A DNA stretch of 53,036 bases from Bacteroidota bacterium (GTDB lineage Bacteria; Bacteroidota; Bacteroidia; UBA7662), in contig SYHW01000025.1 in the NCBI GenBank assembly GCA_005799065.1, positions 1 to 53,036 of the forward strand, read 5' to 3'. Position 1 is the stretch's first letter. Every line of letters starts with the position of its first letter. A model generated the notes under the pieces. The model did not search any database. It was given only the letters and a program-made list of their open reading frames with translations, and was not told the origin of the DNA. Both the position numbers and the translations under genes were made by a program. This document shows positions 50,193-53,036 of the stretch, piece after piece.

Positions 50193-50656
50193 ACCCAGTC
50201 ATGGAACATAAAGCTATGTTGACCAAGCCACGCGTGCTGTTGGGAAGTGATCACGCGGGATATGGCATGCGTATGAGTTTGTATGCTTCGTTGAAATCAG
50301 AAGGATATGAATTAAGCATGTTTGGCGGCCCTGCTGCTGATCCGGTAGATTATCCTGATGTTGTGCATGAATTATTGGATCAGTTTAAACCCGAAACGGA
50401 TCGTGCCATTTTGTTGTGCGGAAGTGGAAATGGTGTGTGTATAACAGCGAATCACCGGCAGGGCATCCGTGCGGCCTTATGTTGGACACCTGAACTGGCT
50501 TCATTGGCCCGAAGCCACAATGACGCACAAGTTCTTTGTTTGCCTGCTCGGTTCATAACGATCGAAACGGCTGTGGAAATGGTTCGAACTTTTCTGACCA
50601 CCGACTTTGAAGGCGGGCGGCATGAAAATCGGATTCATAAAATTGAACGCCCATGA
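50189..50656 (+). CDS. rpiB: Ribose-5-phosphate isomerase B
   Basis: GSDHAG, DYPD, LCGSGNG, ARSHNDAQVL and FEGGRH motifs. Confidence 0.93.
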   Translation: MNPVMEHKAMLTKPRVLLGSDHAGYGMRMSLYASLKSEGYELSMFGGPAADPVDYPDVVHELLDQFKPETDRAILLCGSGNGVCITANHRQGIRAALCWTPELASLARSHNDAQVLCLPARFITIETAVEMVRTFLTTDFEGGRHENRIHKIERP

Positions 50657-52233
50657 TCAAATTTTTTGGATCAACGAATTTCTTTTTAAGGTACCGGGCA
50701 GTGGTCATCCTATGTTGCGTGCACTTAGGATTCGATTCCTATGCACAGCAGTCCATCCTCCCTTGTTTTCATGGCATGATACAAATCGATAGTGTACGGG
50801 CAGACTTAGCTGCCTTGACTGCACCACAGATGGAAGGTCGTGGAACCGGACAACCTGGCTACCAGAGGGCAGCAGATTTTGTGGCGGCTCGATTGCGGGC
50901 ATTTAATTTGGTGGCCGTTAACCGAAACCAGGATGAAGCCCACTCTTTTTTTCATCCCGTGCCCTACACCCGGGTGGTGCCGACGGGAGGTGAATTGGTT
51001 TTAGGAAATCGAATTTGGAAACTTGGAGCGGATTTTGTGCCTGTTTCCCGTAGACGACAAGACACAATAACCCTTGCCCCAATCTACCGGATTCAATGCC
51101 CAAAGGAGTCAAGCCAGAATAACCCACTCACGTCAATCAAACCGGCTTCGCTTGGTTTTTCTTTATTGTTAGAAGATCGACCTTCATTGAATTCCATCAC
51201 TGATCCAGATGCATGTTATCAGGACCTGCGTAAAAAAGCCATCGCTACCGGTGTTAAACAGATGTTTTACAGCCCATCACGATTCAATGAACTGAAGGAT
51301 CGATGGGCAGAAGAAGAGCGCCACCGTCCTCGGATCCGGCTTGTGGAGCTGCCACCTGCTTCGGGGACTTCTGACCCGCGTGTTGGTACGAAAACCGCTT
51401 CGAGCCTGCAGGAATATGCTGTTTCAAGGGCTTTGTTTCGCTCTATTAAAAAACATGCAGCGACCGTCGATCAAATAGCGAAACCGAATATGGGATCGGT
51501 TATCATACAGAATGAGCGTAATTCTTTTTTCGCACCTAATGTTGTCGGCATGATTCCTGGAAAGTCGCGTCCTGATGAATATATCTTCCTATCCGCCCAC
51601 CTTGATCATTTGGGTTTGGTGGACGGACAAGTTCATCCAGGGGCCGATGACAATGGATCGGGCTCGACCGTTTTGCTTTCCGTGGCCCGTGCCTTGGCGC
51701 TGTTGGGCAGTCAAAACATAAAGCCCGACAGGAGTATCGTGCTGGTTTGGTTCAGCGGAGAAGAAAATGGCTTATTGGGAAGTCGCTGGATGGCCAGTAC
51801 CCTCGCGGATTCATTAGGGATTAGGAGTGATCAGGTATTCGCCAACATCAATATGGATATGCTGGGTCGAAATGATGGTGCACATGGGCCTGATGAACCT
51901 TATTTATATGTGGTGCATCATCACAAAAATCAATCGATTCGGCCATTTACAGAACGCGTGAATACGTTGTGTCATGATTTAAAGCTCGACTACAGTTATT
52001 CTCGTGCCGACGACCCTGAACGCTTATTTGCGCGCAGCGATCATTACGCTTTTCACCAACTGGGCATACCTGCATTTTTCTTGTTTAGTGGACTTCATGA
52101 AGACTACCACAAACCAAGCGATACAGCAGATAAAATTTCAATAACCCGCCTGGCGCGCAATGCGGGATTCGTTTTAAATCTGGCCTGGCAACTCGCGCAA
52201 CGCTCCGAACGTTTAGATCCTGTAGAACCTTAA
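50653..52233 (+). CDS. M28-family metallopeptidase, secreted
   Basis: MEGRGTG, SAHLDH, GADDNGSG, GEENGL, NMDM, RSDH and DYHKPSD motifs. Confidence 0.9.
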   Translation: MIKFFGSTNFFLRYRAVVILCCVHLGFDSYAQQSILPCFHGMIQIDSVRADLAALTAPQMEGRGTGQPGYQRAADFVAARLRAFNLVAVNRNQDEAHSFFHPVPYTRVVPTGGELVLGNRIWKLGADFVPVSRRRQDTITLAPIYRIQCPKESSQNNPLTSIKPASLGFSLLLEDRPSLNSITDPDACYQDLRKKAIATGVKQMFYSPSRFNELKDRWAEEERHRPRIRLVELPPASGTSDPRVGTKTASSLQEYAVSRALFRSIKKHAATVDQIAKPNMGSVIIQNERNSFFAPNVVGMIPGKSRPDEYIFLSAHLDHLGLVDGQVHPGADDNGSGSTVLLSVARALALLGSQNIKPDRSIVLVWFSGEENGLLGSRWMASTLADSLGIRSDQVFANINMDMLGRNDGAHGPDEPYLYVVHHHKNQSIRPFTERVNTLCHDLKLDYSYSRADDPERLFARSDHYAFHQLGIPAFFLFSGLHEDYHKPSDTADKISITRLARNAGFVLNLAWQLAQRSERLDPVEP

Positions 52234-52248
52234 CCCCAAAACATCAAA

Positions 52249-53036
52249 ATGAGTGTAGACAAACAGGATTTGTCGGCCGAGTGGGTACAAAGAGCCAGAA
52301 CCCTACGTGTGCAGGCCATCGACCAACTTGAGGCTCTATTACTTCGATTTGATCGCAACGCTACTGCCGCCGGAATACAGGTTCGGTGGGTATTGGATGT
52401 ATCTGAAGCCGTAAAGGATTTGTTGATGTTGTGCAAAGAGCATGATATCACTCAATTGGTGTCGGTTTCGGGTGGTGCATTGTCTGAGTTGGGCTTTGCC
52501 GATATACTTCGCGCCAACGGATTGATGTACCATGAAATGAACAGCGTCAATAGACCGAACGGTGAAGATGCCGGATTCCATCCAAGAGGCGTACCGGGCG
52601 ATCGGGATGGACAGACCGCGTGGATGGGAAGCGCTGACTTATTGGTGGCCGGAACGGGAACCGTGGTAGTGAGAGAATCAACGTCTGGTCAATACCATAC
52701 AGGAGGCCCTCATCGGGTACGAATTTTCTGGGCAGGATTAGAGCAAGTCACCCAGTCGATCGCTGATTTGTCCTATTGGTGGCCGGCATGGGAGGGAAGC
52801 AAAGTGGAATCGACGCCTTTCGATGCCCAAAATGGTGGAAGTGGACTTAGCTTGGTGCAGGGTCCCATGACGCGCTTGGAGGATGGGCAACCCGAACACA
52901 CCTACGTTTTCATTGTAGATCAGGGCAGAACAACCATGCTCGAAGATCTGCGCATGCGTGAGATGCTGTATTGTATTTCCTGTGGTCGATGCAATGGGGT
53001 ATGTCCGACCCGTCAGGCAGATCCCGGACCCCGCGA
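52249..53036 (+). CDS. Divergent LutB/LldF-like LUD + 4Fe-4S protein (runs off the right edge)
   Basis: Manual translation MSVDKQDLSAEW...LVAGTGTVV...AGLEQV...GP..LEDGQPEHTYVFIVDQGRTTML...MLYCISCGRCNGVCP; open to the window end. Confidence 0.72.
   Translation, partial: MSVDKQDLSAEWVQRARTLRVQAIDQLEALLLRFDRNATAAGIQVRWVLDVSEAVKDLLMLCKEHDITQLVSVSGGALSELGFADILRANGLMYHEMNSVNRPNGEDAGFHPRGVPGDRDGQTAWMGSADLLVAGTGTVVVRESTSGQYHTGGPHRVRIFWAGLEQVTQSIADLSYWWPAWEGSKVESTPFDAQNGGSGLSLVQGPMTRLEDGQPEHTYVFIVDQGRTTMLEDLRMREMLYCISCGRCNGVCPTRQADPGPR

Overview
A compact, gene-dense chromosomal segment from a Bacteroidota bacterium. The assignment rests on TAnnTTTG promoters, a T9SS cargo protein, SprE/PorW- and PorD-like genes, and the bamD-rpoZ-coaBC-DUF4835-recN-fabI cluster. 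Most genes are housekeeping: gyrB, tsaD, tamB, PBP1A, ribBA, purQ, purC, mutAB-meaB, bshA, phoH, tatC and rpiB. I saw no mobile element, CRISPR array, tRNA or rRNA. The most interesting locus is a heavy-metal efflux unit at about 26.0-33.2 kb on the minus strand. A canonical promoter drives a 141-aa His-rich, membrane-targeted upstream ORF ending in the ribosome-arrest motif RAPP. A repeat- and hairpin-containing 162-nt spacer follows, then a CzcA-TolC fusion frame interrupted by one in-frame TAG just after an internal signal peptide, then czcB. VIT1 and the B12-dependent mutase genes lie next on the same strand. Other notable items are a non-catalytic triple-cohesin/Ig T9SS cargo protein, a probable sulfonolipid synthase (SulA/CapB type), a 58-aa histone H1/Hc1-like gene missed by the ORF track, and a strongly divergent LutB-like protein. 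Family assignments come from motif recognition only; no database searches were run.
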